Positions 56,091 through 64,000 of a stretch of DNA of 64,000 nt are shown piece by piece. Source of the DNA: an uncultured Bacilli bacterium (GTDB lineage Bacteria > Bacillota_I > Bacilli_A > RF39 > UBA660). Each line of letters starts with the position of its first letter. Within the stretch, counting starts at the first letter, position 1. The stretch is from positions 741,444-805,443 of the forward strand of contig OZ006994.1 in NCBI GenBank assembly GCA_963931305.1, written 5' to 3'. The notes under the pieces are model-generated. The model searched no databases. It saw only the letters and a list, made by a program, of their open reading frames with translations, and was not told the DNA's origin. A program made the position numbers and the translations under genes.

Positions 56091-56957
56091 CTACTTATTT
56101 TGATTAATTTGATTCATTACTTCTTCTGCAAAGTTTTCTTCACGTTTTTCCATTCCTTCTCCAACTTCAAAACGAATCATATTCACAATTGTACCACCAT
56201 TGTTTTTTACATATTGTGATACAGTTACATCTCCATCTTTTACAAATGGTTGTTCAGCTAAACAAATTTCTTTATAGAATTTATTAATTCTTCCCATTAC
56301 CATTTTTTCAGCAATTTCTTTTGGTTTTCCTTCATTCATTGCTTGTTCTGTTAATACTTCTTTTTCATGATTTACAACTTCTTCAGGAACTTCTTCTTTA
56401 GTAACATATTGTGGTCTCATTGCTGCAGCATGCATTGCAACATCACGTGCAACATCATCTGTTGCTCCATCAATTACAGTAAGCACTGCAATTTTACCTC
56501 CCATATGAATATATGCTCCAAAATGTTGTGAATCAGTTTTTTCTACTTTAGCAAAACGACGGAAACTTAATTTTTCTCCAATCTTTGCGATTTTAGCAAC
56601 CAATAAATCATTTAATCCATCTTCATTTAATACACTTTCTACATCAGTAGCATCTGTTTTTAAAACTGTATTTAAAATTGCATCTACTAATTCTTTAAAC
56701 TCAGGATTTTTTGCAACGAAGTCTGTTTCAGAATTTACTTCTACAATTGCAGCTTTATTTCCATCTATTTTAATTTCTGCAAGTCCTTCAGCAGCAATAC
56801 GATCTGCTTTTTTCGCAGCTTTAGAAATACCTTTTTCTCTTAACCAATCAATAGAAGCTTGCATATCTCCATTATTTGCTTCTAATGCTTTTTTACAATC
56901 TAGCATTCCTGCTCCCGTTTTTTCTCTTAATTCTTTTACGGCACTAGCACTTACCAT
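56091..56957 (-). CDS. tsf: Translation elongation factor Ts
   Basis: It has the UBA-like N-terminus [19 protein letters not shown] and the dimerisation core. Confidence 0.95.
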   Translation of the reverse strand: MVSASAVKELREKTGAGMLDCKKALEANNGDMQASIDWLREKGISKAAKKADRIAAEGLAEIKIDGNKAAIVEVNSETDFVAKNPEFKELVDAILNTVLKTDATDVESVLNEDGLNDLLVAKIAKIGEKLSFRRFAKVEKTDSQHFGAYIHMGGKIAVLTVIDGATDDVARDVAMHAAAMRPQYVTKEEVPEEVVNHEKEVLTEQAMNEGKPKEIAEKMVMGRINKFYKEICLAEQPFVKDGDVTVSQYVKNNGGTIVNMIRFEVGEGMEKREENFAEEVMNQINQNK

Positions 56958-57009
56958 AACATTTCCTCCTCTTTACAAAAGTTAGATGATAAAAATCATC
57001 TAACGTATT

Positions 57010-58065
57010 TTATTTTAAAGCATCAATTAATTCTGCTTTTTTCATTGTTGAGTATCCTTTAATGTCTTTTGACTTTGCTAACTCACGAAGTTGACTTACA
57101 GTCATTTTAGATAAGTCAGTATTCGTAGTGGCTTTTTCTTCTTTTTTTGTTTCTTTTACTTCTACTTTCTTCTCTTCTTTTACTTCTTTAGCAACTTCTT
57201 TATTTTTTTCTTCTTTTACGTTAGAATTTGTTTCTTTATTTTCTTTTGCTTTTCTATCAAATGGTTTCTTAAAATTACGTTTTTCAAATCTCTTTGGTTC
57301 TTTACGTTTTACACTATCTACAGCACGAGCCATGATTTCACTTGCTTGTGATTTATCATCAGCTTTTACATATTCGTTCATTTTTCCGCCATTTGCTTCA
57401 CAAACTGCATTTGCCATAACACCAGTAATTAAACGTACTGCACGAATTGCATCGTCATTTCCTGGAATGACATAATCAACATCATCTGGATCACAATTTG
57501 TATCTACAATTCCAAATACTGGAATTCCAAGAATTCTAGCTTCATGAATTGCATTTGCTTCCTTAGATGGATCTACAATATATAATGCATCTGGTAATTT
57601 GTACATATCACGAATACCACATAATAATTTATTTAATTTATCGTATTCTTTCTTTAAACCGATAACTTCTTTCTTAGGTAATACATCAAATGTACCATCT
57701 TTTTCCATCTTTTCGATTTCTTCTAAACGTTTTACTCTTTTACGAATTGTTCTAAAGTTTGTTAAAGTTCCACCTAACCATCTTTCTGTTACATAGTAAC
57801 TATTAGAACGGATTGCTTCTTCTTTAATTGCTTCTTGTGCTTGTTTTCTAGTTCCAACAAATAAAACCTTTCCACCATTATCAGCAATTTTCTTTAGAGC
57901 TGCATAAGCTTCTTCAATCTTTTGTGCAGTTTTCTCTAAATCGATAATATAAATATCATCTCTTGAAGTATAAATATACTCCTTCATTTTTGGATTCCAA
58001 CGTTTTGTTTGATGTCCAAAGTGAACACCAGCTTCAAGTAAATAACTCATTGACACAACTGTCAT
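57010..58065 (-). CDS. rpsB: 30S ribosomal protein S2 with a roughly 118-aa Lys/Glu-rich C-terminal extension that ends in a Rho_N/SAP-like helix-hairpin
   Basis: An AAGGAGG SD precedes the ATG at 58065. The core reads [19 protein letters not shown]. The tail reads [34 protein letters not shown]. Confidence 0.95.
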   Translation of the reverse strand: MTVVSMSYLLEAGVHFGHQTKRWNPKMKEYIYTSRDDIYIIDLEKTAQKIEEAYAALKKIADNGGKVLFVGTRKQAQEAIKEEAIRSNSYYVTERWLGGTLTNFRTIRKRVKRLEEIEKMEKDGTFDVLPKKEVIGLKKEYDKLNKLLCGIRDMYKLPDALYIVDPSKEANAIHEARILGIPVFGIVDTNCDPDDVDYVIPGNDDAIRAVRLITGVMANAVCEANGGKMNEYVKADDKSQASEIMARAVDSVKRKEPKRFEKRNFKKPFDRKAKENKETNSNVKEEKNKEVAKEVKEEKKVEVKETKKEEKATTNTDLSKMTVSQLRELAKSKDIKGYSTMKKAELIDALK

Positions 58066-58229
58066 ATTTTCATTCCTCCTTTTGTTAAGCCTCCATTGTT
58101 TCGAAACGACACCACCTTTTGGCACTCGGCATCGAAATTCACAATGTGTGTAATAAAAAAGCCATAATTAATATACCACAAATGGCTTTCTGTTAGCAAG
58201 TATTATTATCAATTTCTAAAGAAATATAT

Positions 58230-58499
58230 TTATTTTTTAGTGAGGCAAAACTGTTTCTCTTTGATGGGTGCTACTAATGTAAATATGCATTCTCCTACTT
58301 GAAATGAATAATCAGAAGAAAAAGAGATATCTTTCTCTGTATTTAATAAGTATGGCGTTTGATTCATCATAAATAAATATAACCCTTCTTTAATGCGGTG
58401 CATATAAAAAGAAATGCCTGTTTCTAAATCATTCACTTGAATATCTAAATAGTGATGTTGTGCTTGTAAATAATAATGTTTTTGTTGTTCTAGTTCCAT
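58230..58499 (-). CDS. Hypothetical small protein
   Basis: The likely start is the ATG at 58499, preceded by an AAGGAG SD. I recognised no motif. Confidence 0.35.
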   Translation of the reverse strand: MELEQQKHYYLQAQHHYLDIQVNDLETGISFYMHRIKEGLYLFMMNQTPYLLNTEKDISFSSDYSFQVGECIFTLVAPIKEKQFCLTKK

Positions 58500-58560
58500 A
58501 AATTTCTCCTTTCGCTGCATTAAAAATATGCACAAAAAAAAGAAATATGACCATTTCTTT

Positions 58561-59007
58561 TTATAATATTTCTGACAATTTATTTCTAATCTTTGTACTA
58601 ACAGTACTCATATCGGCTTTACCTTTTAACTTTGGTGTAACCTCTTTCATAATACGCCCCATGTCTTTCATACTTTCTGGATTCACGGTAGCAAATGCTT
58701 GGTCGATGATTTCATCTATTTCTTCTTCACTTAATTGTTCTGGCATATATTCTTCAATAATTTTTATTTCCGCATTTGTCTGATCAATCAAGTCTTTTCG
58801 GTTTCCTTTTTCAAATTCCGCAATTGATTCTTTTCTTGTTTTAATTTGTTTTGCTAGAATCCCTATCACATCTTCATCTGTTAATTCTTTCTTTTGATTG
58901 ATTTCTTCTAGTTGCATGGCACCTTTTACCATACGAAGTACTGTTAATTTTTCTTTATCTTTTTCTTTCATTGCTGTTACAATATCTTTTAAAATACGAT
59001 CTTTCAC
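58561..59007 (-). CDS. GatB/YqeY-domain protein
   Basis: It has the typical blocks AMKEKDKEKLTVLRMVKGAMQ and ESIAEFEKGNRKDLIDQTNAEIKIIEEYMP. The probable start is the GTG at 59007, after a GGAGGG SD. Confidence 0.8.
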   Translation of the reverse strand: MKDRILKDIVTAMKEKDKEKLTVLRMVKGAMQLEEINQKKELTDEDVIGILAKQIKTRKESIAEFEKGNRKDLIDQTNAEIKIIEEYMPEQLSEEEIDEIIDQAFATVNPESMKDMGRIMKEVTPKLKGKADMSTVSTKIRNKLSEIL

Positions 59008-59048
59008 ACATATCCCTCCATTCACAAAAGAAGCCTTGCGGCTTCTCA

Positions 59049-59252
59049 TTAGTTGTAACTTCTTTCCCTACGTTCCTTTTTACGACTATTCTTTCTAGCC
59101 TCTTCTTTACGAATTCTTCTTTTTACCCCAGGTTTTAAATATCCTTCCTGACGTTCACGCACTTTTTTAAGGGAGCCGTTTTTAATGCCTCTTTGTTTCA
59201 TCATTCTTAAAGCACTATCGAGTCCATCTTTTCTCACAACTACTCTTTCCAT
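59049..59252 (-). CDS. rpsU: 30S ribosomal protein S21
   Basis: It has a basic 67-aa sequence (VVVRKDGLDSALRMMKQ...YLKPGVKRR). A TTGAAA-17-TATAAT promoter and a GGGAGGG SD lie upstream. Confidence 0.9.
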   Translation of the reverse strand: MERVVVRKDGLDSALRMMKQRGIKNGSLKKVRERQEGYLKPGVKRRIRKEEARKNSRKKERRERSYN

Positions 59253-59353
59253 GACATTTCCCTCCCTTCTTTTGCTAGAGCTATTATACCATGTTTATCC
59301 CCTATTTTCAACAAAAAAGATAAGAAATATAAGAAATTTGTCAAATAATCACA

Positions 59354-59518
59354 TTACTTATAAGAGCACATATTTCCATCCATTACCCTACGAAGTGACG
59401 AACCAAGACTACGCCCTAATTCTAATAGAATTGTAATTCCTCTTACCATAGAAGATAACATAGAACCACTGATATCTCCTCCATATATCCTTTTTAATTC
59501 TTCTTTTGATAGTTTCAT
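59354..59518 (-). CDS. Double-glycine-leader bacteriocin precursor, peptide 2 (54 aa; not in the ORF track)
   Basis: My translation reads MKLSKEELKRIYGG/DISGSMLSSMVRGITILLELGRSLGSSLRRVMDGNMCSYK. The ATG overlaps the stop of peptide 1 (ATGA). Confidence 0.7.
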   Translation of the reverse strand: MKLSKEELKRIYGGDISGSMLSSMVRGITILLELGRSLGSSLRRVMDGNMCSYK

Positions 59519-59655
59519 TCACAGATTTTAGGGTGGACAAAGCCATCTATTACACCGATTACAAAGGATACAATACTACCAATTCCTAATATAATTCCAA
59601 TATTGATTTCTCCTCCATACACTTGTTTTAATTCTTCTGTTTCTAATTTTCTCAC
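59515..59655 (-). CDS. Double-glycine-leader bacteriocin precursor, peptide 1 (46 aa; not in the ORF track)
   Basis: My translation from the GTG at 59655 (AAGGAG SD 9 nt upstream) reads (M)RKLETEELKQVYGG/EINIGIILGIGSIVSFVIGVIDGFVHPKICE. The GTG overlaps the stop of the 137-aa gene (GTGA). Confidence 0.7.
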   Translation of the reverse strand: MRKLETEELKQVYGGEINIGIILGIGSIVSFVIGVIDGFVHPKICE

Positions 59656-60065
59656 GATATCACACTCCTTATCCAATCTTGTAATTGTTGATATTTTGAT
59701 TGTTTCTTTGTCATCTCATACAATATATAATTACCTTTCTTATTTCTTTCTTTTCCTAAATTAACTTTCAGTGTAACAAGATACATACTTTGCCCATCTT
59801 CTCTTTCAAGTTCTTTAGAAGAGATATAGGTAACTTGACATAATGTGTGACCACAATTCCATGTTTGAATGGTATTTAATTCTTCTTTTGTGAGATAAGT
59901 TTGTAAATGGTTTTTCTCACTCATAACTCCATAGACCATTCTCTTTTTTGTTGTTGGTAACAAGAGAAATAAAACGCTAAAAATGAGTAAAAAAATGCTT
60001 GTTATTATTAATAATATATTGGCATTTCTATTTAGTGTTTGTTCGATTGTCCATACATTTCTCAT
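59652..60065 (-). CDS. 137-aa single-TM protein of the bacteriocin operon (candidate export accessory or immunity protein)
   Basis: It has an N-terminal TM helix and a small beta-rich ectodomain. Its start overlaps the ABC transporter stop (ATGA). I have no confident family assignment. Confidence 0.45.
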   Translation of the reverse strand: MRNVWTIEQTLNRNANILLIITSIFLLIFSVLFLLLPTTKKRMVYGVMSEKNHLQTYLTKEELNTIQTWNCGHTLCQVTYISSKELEREDGQSMYLVTLKVNLGKERNKKGNYILYEMTKKQSKYQQLQDWIRSVIS

Positions 60066-62140
60066 TCTTTTCCCTCCACAATTTTTTGTTCTCTCAAAAT
60101 AAGATGACGACCAAATAAATCGCGATTATCAAGACGATGAGAAACAATAATAATCGTCTTTTGAAAAAAAGTATAAAATAAGTTTTTCATAATCTGCCGT
60201 TCTAATAAGACGTCCATTTCACTAAAACCTTCATCGATTAATAATACCTCAAATGGTTGTAATAAGAGTCGTGCTAGAACAATCCGTTGTCTTTCTCCAC
60301 CTGATAAATTATAACCATGGTTTGTTATCATCTGTTGTAAGCCGAGCGGATGTTTTTTTATCAGCCGATCAACACATGTACACTTCAGTATCTTCACCAA
60401 TGTTTCTTTTTTGACGGTACGTCCCAATGTAATATTTTCAAATAACGTTCCTTGAAATAAAGTCTCTTCTTGAGTTAATAAAATAATCTTTGATTGTAAC
60501 TGTTCTTTTTGATAATCACATAAATCTAACTGATTTATAAATATGTGATGACGCCTAATTTCTAAACGTCCACTTATACATTTTAAGAAAGTACTTTTAC
60601 CACTTCCACTATCTCCTGTTAATAAAATTTTCTCTCCCTGATATATGTTTAAAAAAATATTTTGAAATACATATTGATCATTGTAATAATCATATGTGAA
60701 ATTTTGGCAGGAAAGTTGTTGAAAAGAAAATTCCAAAAACAAAGAAGAAGTTTCCTCTTTTATAAAATATGGACGAATTCTATCATAGTAATATTTCACT
60801 TTCATACTAACATCACTCATCTGTGATGTATTTTGTAATATAGGAACAATGGATTGCCATACGGTAATAAACAAAATGAAATTTCCCATCGTCATTTTTT
60901 CTGTACTTGTCATCAAACTAAAATATAAAAATAAATATAAATGAAACGATGTAAATATCAATTGGTATACTAATTCCATTCGTTTATGTTTGTGAAAATA
61001 ACGATACATCGCTTCATTAAAATGAAATAGTTTTTTTTGATACTTATGTATGAAATTAGATGTTAGATGGGCGGTTGTAATAAAAGAACGATTTTCCATA
61101 CTTTCAAGAAAAAAAGTATGATTCATATTCATTTCTTGACGACATGCTTTTTCTAGACGTTGTAATTTTTTTGCCATCCATAAATAATAACAAACTGTAA
61201 ATAAGAAAAATGGGAATAAGAAGATAGACGTTTGTATTTGTATCAAACATAAACAAATAAATAAGAAAAAAGCAAGTAGAAAATCAAAGAAAAGAAATTG
61301 TATGGATTGAAATAGTGACGTAATCCATACATACAACTCTTCTCTTTTTTCGGTAAAGAAGGAAGGTTGACTTTGATACCTGCTTTCTCTATGATCACTT
61401 AAAATAGAATGATACAAATAAACATCTAGGAGAGTTTGAAGTTTTAATTGCAGAGAAAATAAATATTTTTGGGTATAATATGCATAACAATTGCGAAATA
61501 TATATATCACGAAAAAGATAAAAAACACTAAATAAAAATAATCTTTTTCTTTTTGTAAAGTAATACCATTCATAAAATATTTTGCAGTTAATGAGAGTGT
61601 GAGTTGTAAACATAAAAATATGATGATTAAAACAAATCCCAAAGATATCGTTTTTTTATTTTGTTTTATAAATGAGGTTAATAGATGGTTGATTGTTTGA
61701 TTTTTCTCATAGGTAATTACGCCTGTTGGAATCATATGAATCATAATTCCTGTAAATTGACTTTGGAATTGTTTCCATGATAGGACAAGAATTCCTTCTT
61801 TTGGATCTCCAATCCATATTTTTTCTGTTTTAGGTATGATACGATACACAATGACATAGTGATTTTCTAAAGCTTCATTTTTCATAACAGCAATACTTGG
61901 TAAAATAAACTTGCCTTCTACCCAATGTTTCCAGTCATAACGTTTTCCTTCTGCATAAAAACCATGATCATTCAAAAAAGTAATAATATGATAAGCACTT
62001 GTTCCTTGATATGTTAAGTGAAGTTCTTCTTTTAATTTCTTATAATCATAATCACCTTGATAATATAATAAAATACTTTTTACACAAGCAGGACCACAAT
62101 CGTTTTTTTCTTCTTGAATATAACATGGAAATTTTCTCAT
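60062..62140 (-). CDS. Bacteriocin-processing/export ABC transporter with an N-terminal C39 peptidase domain (LagD/ComA/LcnC class)
   Basis: The C39 catalytic Cys is in QEEKNDCGPACVKSIL and the His in HYVIVYRI. It has a six-TM domain. The Walker A is GDSGSGKST, the signature LSGGERQR and the Walker B LLIDEG. Confidence 0.9.
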   Translation of the reverse strand: MRKFPCYIQEEKNDCGPACVKSILLYYQGDYDYKKLKEELHLTYQGTSAYHIITFLNDHGFYAEGKRYDWKHWVEGKFILPSIAVMKNEALENHYVIVYRIIPKTEKIWIGDPKEGILVLSWKQFQSQFTGIMIHMIPTGVITYEKNQTINHLLTSFIKQNKKTISLGFVLIIIFLCLQLTLSLTAKYFMNGITLQKEKDYFYLVFFIFFVIYIFRNCYAYYTQKYLFSLQLKLQTLLDVYLYHSILSDHRESRYQSQPSFFTEKREELYVWITSLFQSIQFLFFDFLLAFFLFICLCLIQIQTSIFLFPFFLFTVCYYLWMAKKLQRLEKACRQEMNMNHTFFLESMENRSFITTAHLTSNFIHKYQKKLFHFNEAMYRYFHKHKRMELVYQLIFTSFHLYLFLYFSLMTSTEKMTMGNFILFITVWQSIVPILQNTSQMSDVSMKVKYYYDRIRPYFIKEETSSLFLEFSFQQLSCQNFTYDYYNDQYVFQNIFLNIYQGEKILLTGDSGSGKSTFLKCISGRLEIRRHHIFINQLDLCDYQKEQLQSKIILLTQEETLFQGTLFENITLGRTVKKETLVKILKCTCVDRLIKKHPLGLQQMITNHGYNLSGGERQRIVLARLLLQPFEVLLIDEGFSEMDVLLERQIMKNLFYTFFQKTIIIVSHRLDNRDLFGRHLILREQKIVEGKE

Positions 62141-62210
62141 ACTTCATCCTCTCCTACTTCTTACTTACTAGATAAGGATGATGAATTCCTGCAAAAAAAA
62201 TGAAAAAGAA

Positions 62211-62756
62211 CTAATTTTCTTTTTCATATATATGTAACCATTTAGAACCATATCTTTTTTCTTTTAATAATTTTAATGAAGTTTCAATTTTTTCTTCATT
62301 ATCTGTTTCACAGACTACTTTAACACCTGGTTTTAATAAATGATATGTATCTAACTCTTCTAAAATCTGTGTCATAAAGTGATATTTATAAGGTGGATCT
62401 AAAAATATGACTTGAAACTCTATATTACGTTCTTTAAAATAACGGAGTGCTTCTAAATAATCTTTTTTTAAAACAACTGCTTCTTCTGTAATTTGTAAAG
62501 TTCGTAAATTTTTTTCAATTGTCTGAATACAGATTTGATTAAAATCTACAAAATATACTTTTTTCGCACCATTACTAATTGCTTCTATTCCTAAATTTCC
62601 AGAACCACTGAATAAATCTAGGCAACAAGATTCCGGAATATCATTTTGTAACATGGCAAACATAGATTCTTTCACTCGATCCATGGTTGGTCTAGTCCCA
62701 GCAATTTTATGACCATCTAAAAATCTTCCTTTATATTTTCCACTAATGACTCTCAC
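62211..62756 (-). CDS. rsmD: 16S rRNA (guanine966-N2)-methyltransferase RsmD
   Basis: It has MRVISGKYKGR, RPTMDRVKESMF, DLFSGSGNLGIEA and DPPY. Confidence 0.9.
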   Translation of the reverse strand: MRVISGKYKGRFLDGHKIAGTRPTMDRVKESMFAMLQNDIPESCCLDLFSGSGNLGIEAISNGAKKVYFVDFNQICIQTIEKNLRTLQITEEAVVLKKDYLEALRYFKERNIEFQVIFLDPPYKYHFMTQILEELDTYHLLKPGVKVVCETDNEEKIETSLKLLKEKRYGSKWLHIYEKEN

Positions 62757-62812
62757 TTTATCATCTCAATTCCGATGTTATTATAGCACTTTTTACTTAG
62801 AGGGTGCAAATG

Positions 62813-63049
62813 CTATGGTTGCATTGTAGATAAAATAGATTCCAAAAATTCAACAGTTTCAATTGCTTTTTCAATCCGATCACTTGTTCTTAGTTTATAA
62901 AAAATGCGTACTTCTTCGATAAAATCTCTTAGTTTTTCAGGATTACGATTCAATTCTTTATACCAATAAGAATGGCTTCTTAAATATGTAATATATTGTT
63001 CATTACTCCTCAGGGTAAATTGTGTTTCTAATGACATATTAATCCTCAA
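62813..63049 (-). CDS. Small YlbE-like protein
   Basis: It has the pattern YLRSHSYWYKELNRNPEKLRDFIEE. Its position upstream of rsmD matches the B. subtilis ylbD-ylbE...ylbH order. The assignment is tentative. Confidence 0.4.
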   Translation of the reverse strand: MRINMSLETQFTLRSNEQYITYLRSHSYWYKELNRNPEKLRDFIEEVRIFYKLRTSDRIEKAIETVEFLESILSTMQP

Positions 63050-63431
63050 AATGTTTATAAATTGGACGTGGCTTATATGCTGGTTTTACTTCTTCTTTTG
63101 GTGTTTTACTTCCTAATTCTTGTAATAGTCCAACAACACGTTGTAAACTAGAAACTCCATTTTGAACCGTATTTAAATCAATTCCCTTTAATAACGAAGC
63201 CATACCTAATAATCCTTCAGTTATATTTTTAGATTCTACGGAAGAGGAATTAGATGAAACCGTTGTTTCTTTTTTTATATAAGAATTCCATGCACTTTCT
63301 TCTTCTCCATATAAATCATAAATCTCATAAAATTTCTGCCAATCCATTTCCCCTGTACGAACATATTTAATTAAACTAGGATTCTTTCTTACAAATGTTT
63401 TAAATGCATCTACTTTTGTCACAAGCATCAC
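63039..63431 (-). CDS. YlbD-like protein
   Basis: It has FKTFVRKNPSLIKYVRTGEMDWQKFYEIYDLYGEEESAW. Its position immediately upstream of the YlbE-like gene supports the call. The assignment is tentative. Confidence 0.4.
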   Translation of the reverse strand: MMLVTKVDAFKTFVRKNPSLIKYVRTGEMDWQKFYEIYDLYGEEESAWNSYIKKETTVSSNSSSVESKNITEGLLGMASLLKGIDLNTVQNGVSSLQRVVGLLQELGSKTPKEEVKPAYKPRPIYKHFED

Positions 63432-63463
63432 CTATAATTCAATATATGTAAAAAAAAGGAGAA

Positions 63464-64000
63464 TTATCTCCTTTTCTCGTCAATTTCTTCTTTGATATTT
63501 TGAATAAATGCTTCTAATTTTATTTTTTGTTCTTCTTTTTGACCAAATTTACGAACATTGACAGTCTCTGTCTCTTTTTCTTGATCTCCTAATACTAAAT
63601 TATATGGAATTTTACGAAGTTGTGACTCTCTCATACGATAGCCTAACTTTTCATCACGACTATCGATTTCAACACGTACACCAATTTGTTCTAATGCTTC
63701 TTTTACTTTTTGAGCATATTCTAAATGATATTCACTATTCACTGGAATAATATTTACTTGTACAGGTGCTAACCAAGTTGGAAAATGTCCTGCAAAATGT
63801 TCTGTAATAATTCCAATAAATCTTTCAATAGAACCAAAGATAACACGGTGTAACATGATTGGACGTTTCTTACTTCCATCTTTATCGACATAAGTAATAT
63901 CAAAACGTTCTGGTAAATTCATATCTAATTGAATTGTTCCACATTGCCATACACGACCTAGAGAATCCTTCACATGGAAATCTAATTTTGGTCCATAGAA
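63464..64000 (-). CDS. thrS: Threonyl-tRNA synthetase, C-terminal part (continues beyond the window)
   Basis: The frame stays open to position 64000 (FYGPKLDFHVKDSLGRVWQCGTIQLD...). It has class II motif 3 and the anticodon-binding domain. Confidence 0.9.
   Translation of the reverse strand, partial: FYGPKLDFHVKDSLGRVWQCGTIQLDMNLPERFDITYVDKDGSKKRPIMLHRVIFGSIERFIGIITEHFAGHFPTWLAPVQVNIIPVNSEYHLEYAQKVKEALEQIGVRVEIDSRDEKLGYRMRESQLRKIPYNLVLGDQEKETETVNVRKFGQKEEQKIKLEAFIQNIKEEIDEKRR

Noticed and set aside
59185-59436. An 83-aa plus-strand ORF between rpsU and the bacteriocin peptides.
   Set aside because: It is antisense to rpsU, the rpsU promoter and bacteriocin peptide 2. The minus-strand reading gives a textbook GG-leader peptide with translational coupling, whereas this ORF has no motif or SD.
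1-64000. CRISPR arrays, rRNA operons, or prophage and integrative-element boundaries.
   Set aside because: I noticed no regularly spaced direct repeats, no rRNA-like sequence, and no integrase, recombinase or phage structural genes. The only mobile DNA is the two IS elements.

Overview
This is a very AT-rich Bacillota-type chromosomal segment, and its gene order resembles Erysipelotrichia or Bacillus. Almost every gene is on the minus strand. Most of the window is housekeeping:
- murG (5' part), ndk, corA, rnc, yidD, rpmB, obg
- rplU-prp-rpmA, radC-mreC-mreD, proS, mutL, uvrC
- tsf-rpsB, rpsU, rsmD, thrS (3' part)
- tRNA-Thr(GGU) and tRNA-Arg(CCU)

The observations worth a second look are these:
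1. An unannotated class II bacteriocin operon lies between rsmD and rpsU. It has a C39-peptidase ABC exporter, a 137-aa membrane protein and two double-glycine-leader peptides, both below the ORF-track cutoff. All four genes are linked by 4-nt start/stop overlaps.
2. A conserved promoter, leader and 16-codon sORF containing a G7-8 tract sits upstream of two unrelated exported-protein genes.
3. A 107-nt segment that is poor in A and rich in GC lies at the 3' end of a surface-protein gene. It looks like the variable region of a diversity-generating retroelement (DGR), but no template repeat or reverse transcriptase is in the window.
4. Two intact IS elements, one IS4-like and one ISL3, have clear target-site duplications. 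Each is inserted exactly between the end of a gene and its terminator.
5. A 1276-aa RNase R carries a second, degenerate RNB domain.
6. A protein of about 730 aa is built from tandem sigma-70-region-4-like HTH modules.
7. Smaller oddities include an rnfC-rnfD pair without other rnf genes, an orphan Flp pilin, an S2 protein with a Rho_N-like tail, a ZnuA-like lipoprotein with no histidine, and two candidate leader-peptide attenuators.

I saw no CRISPR array, rRNA or prophage.
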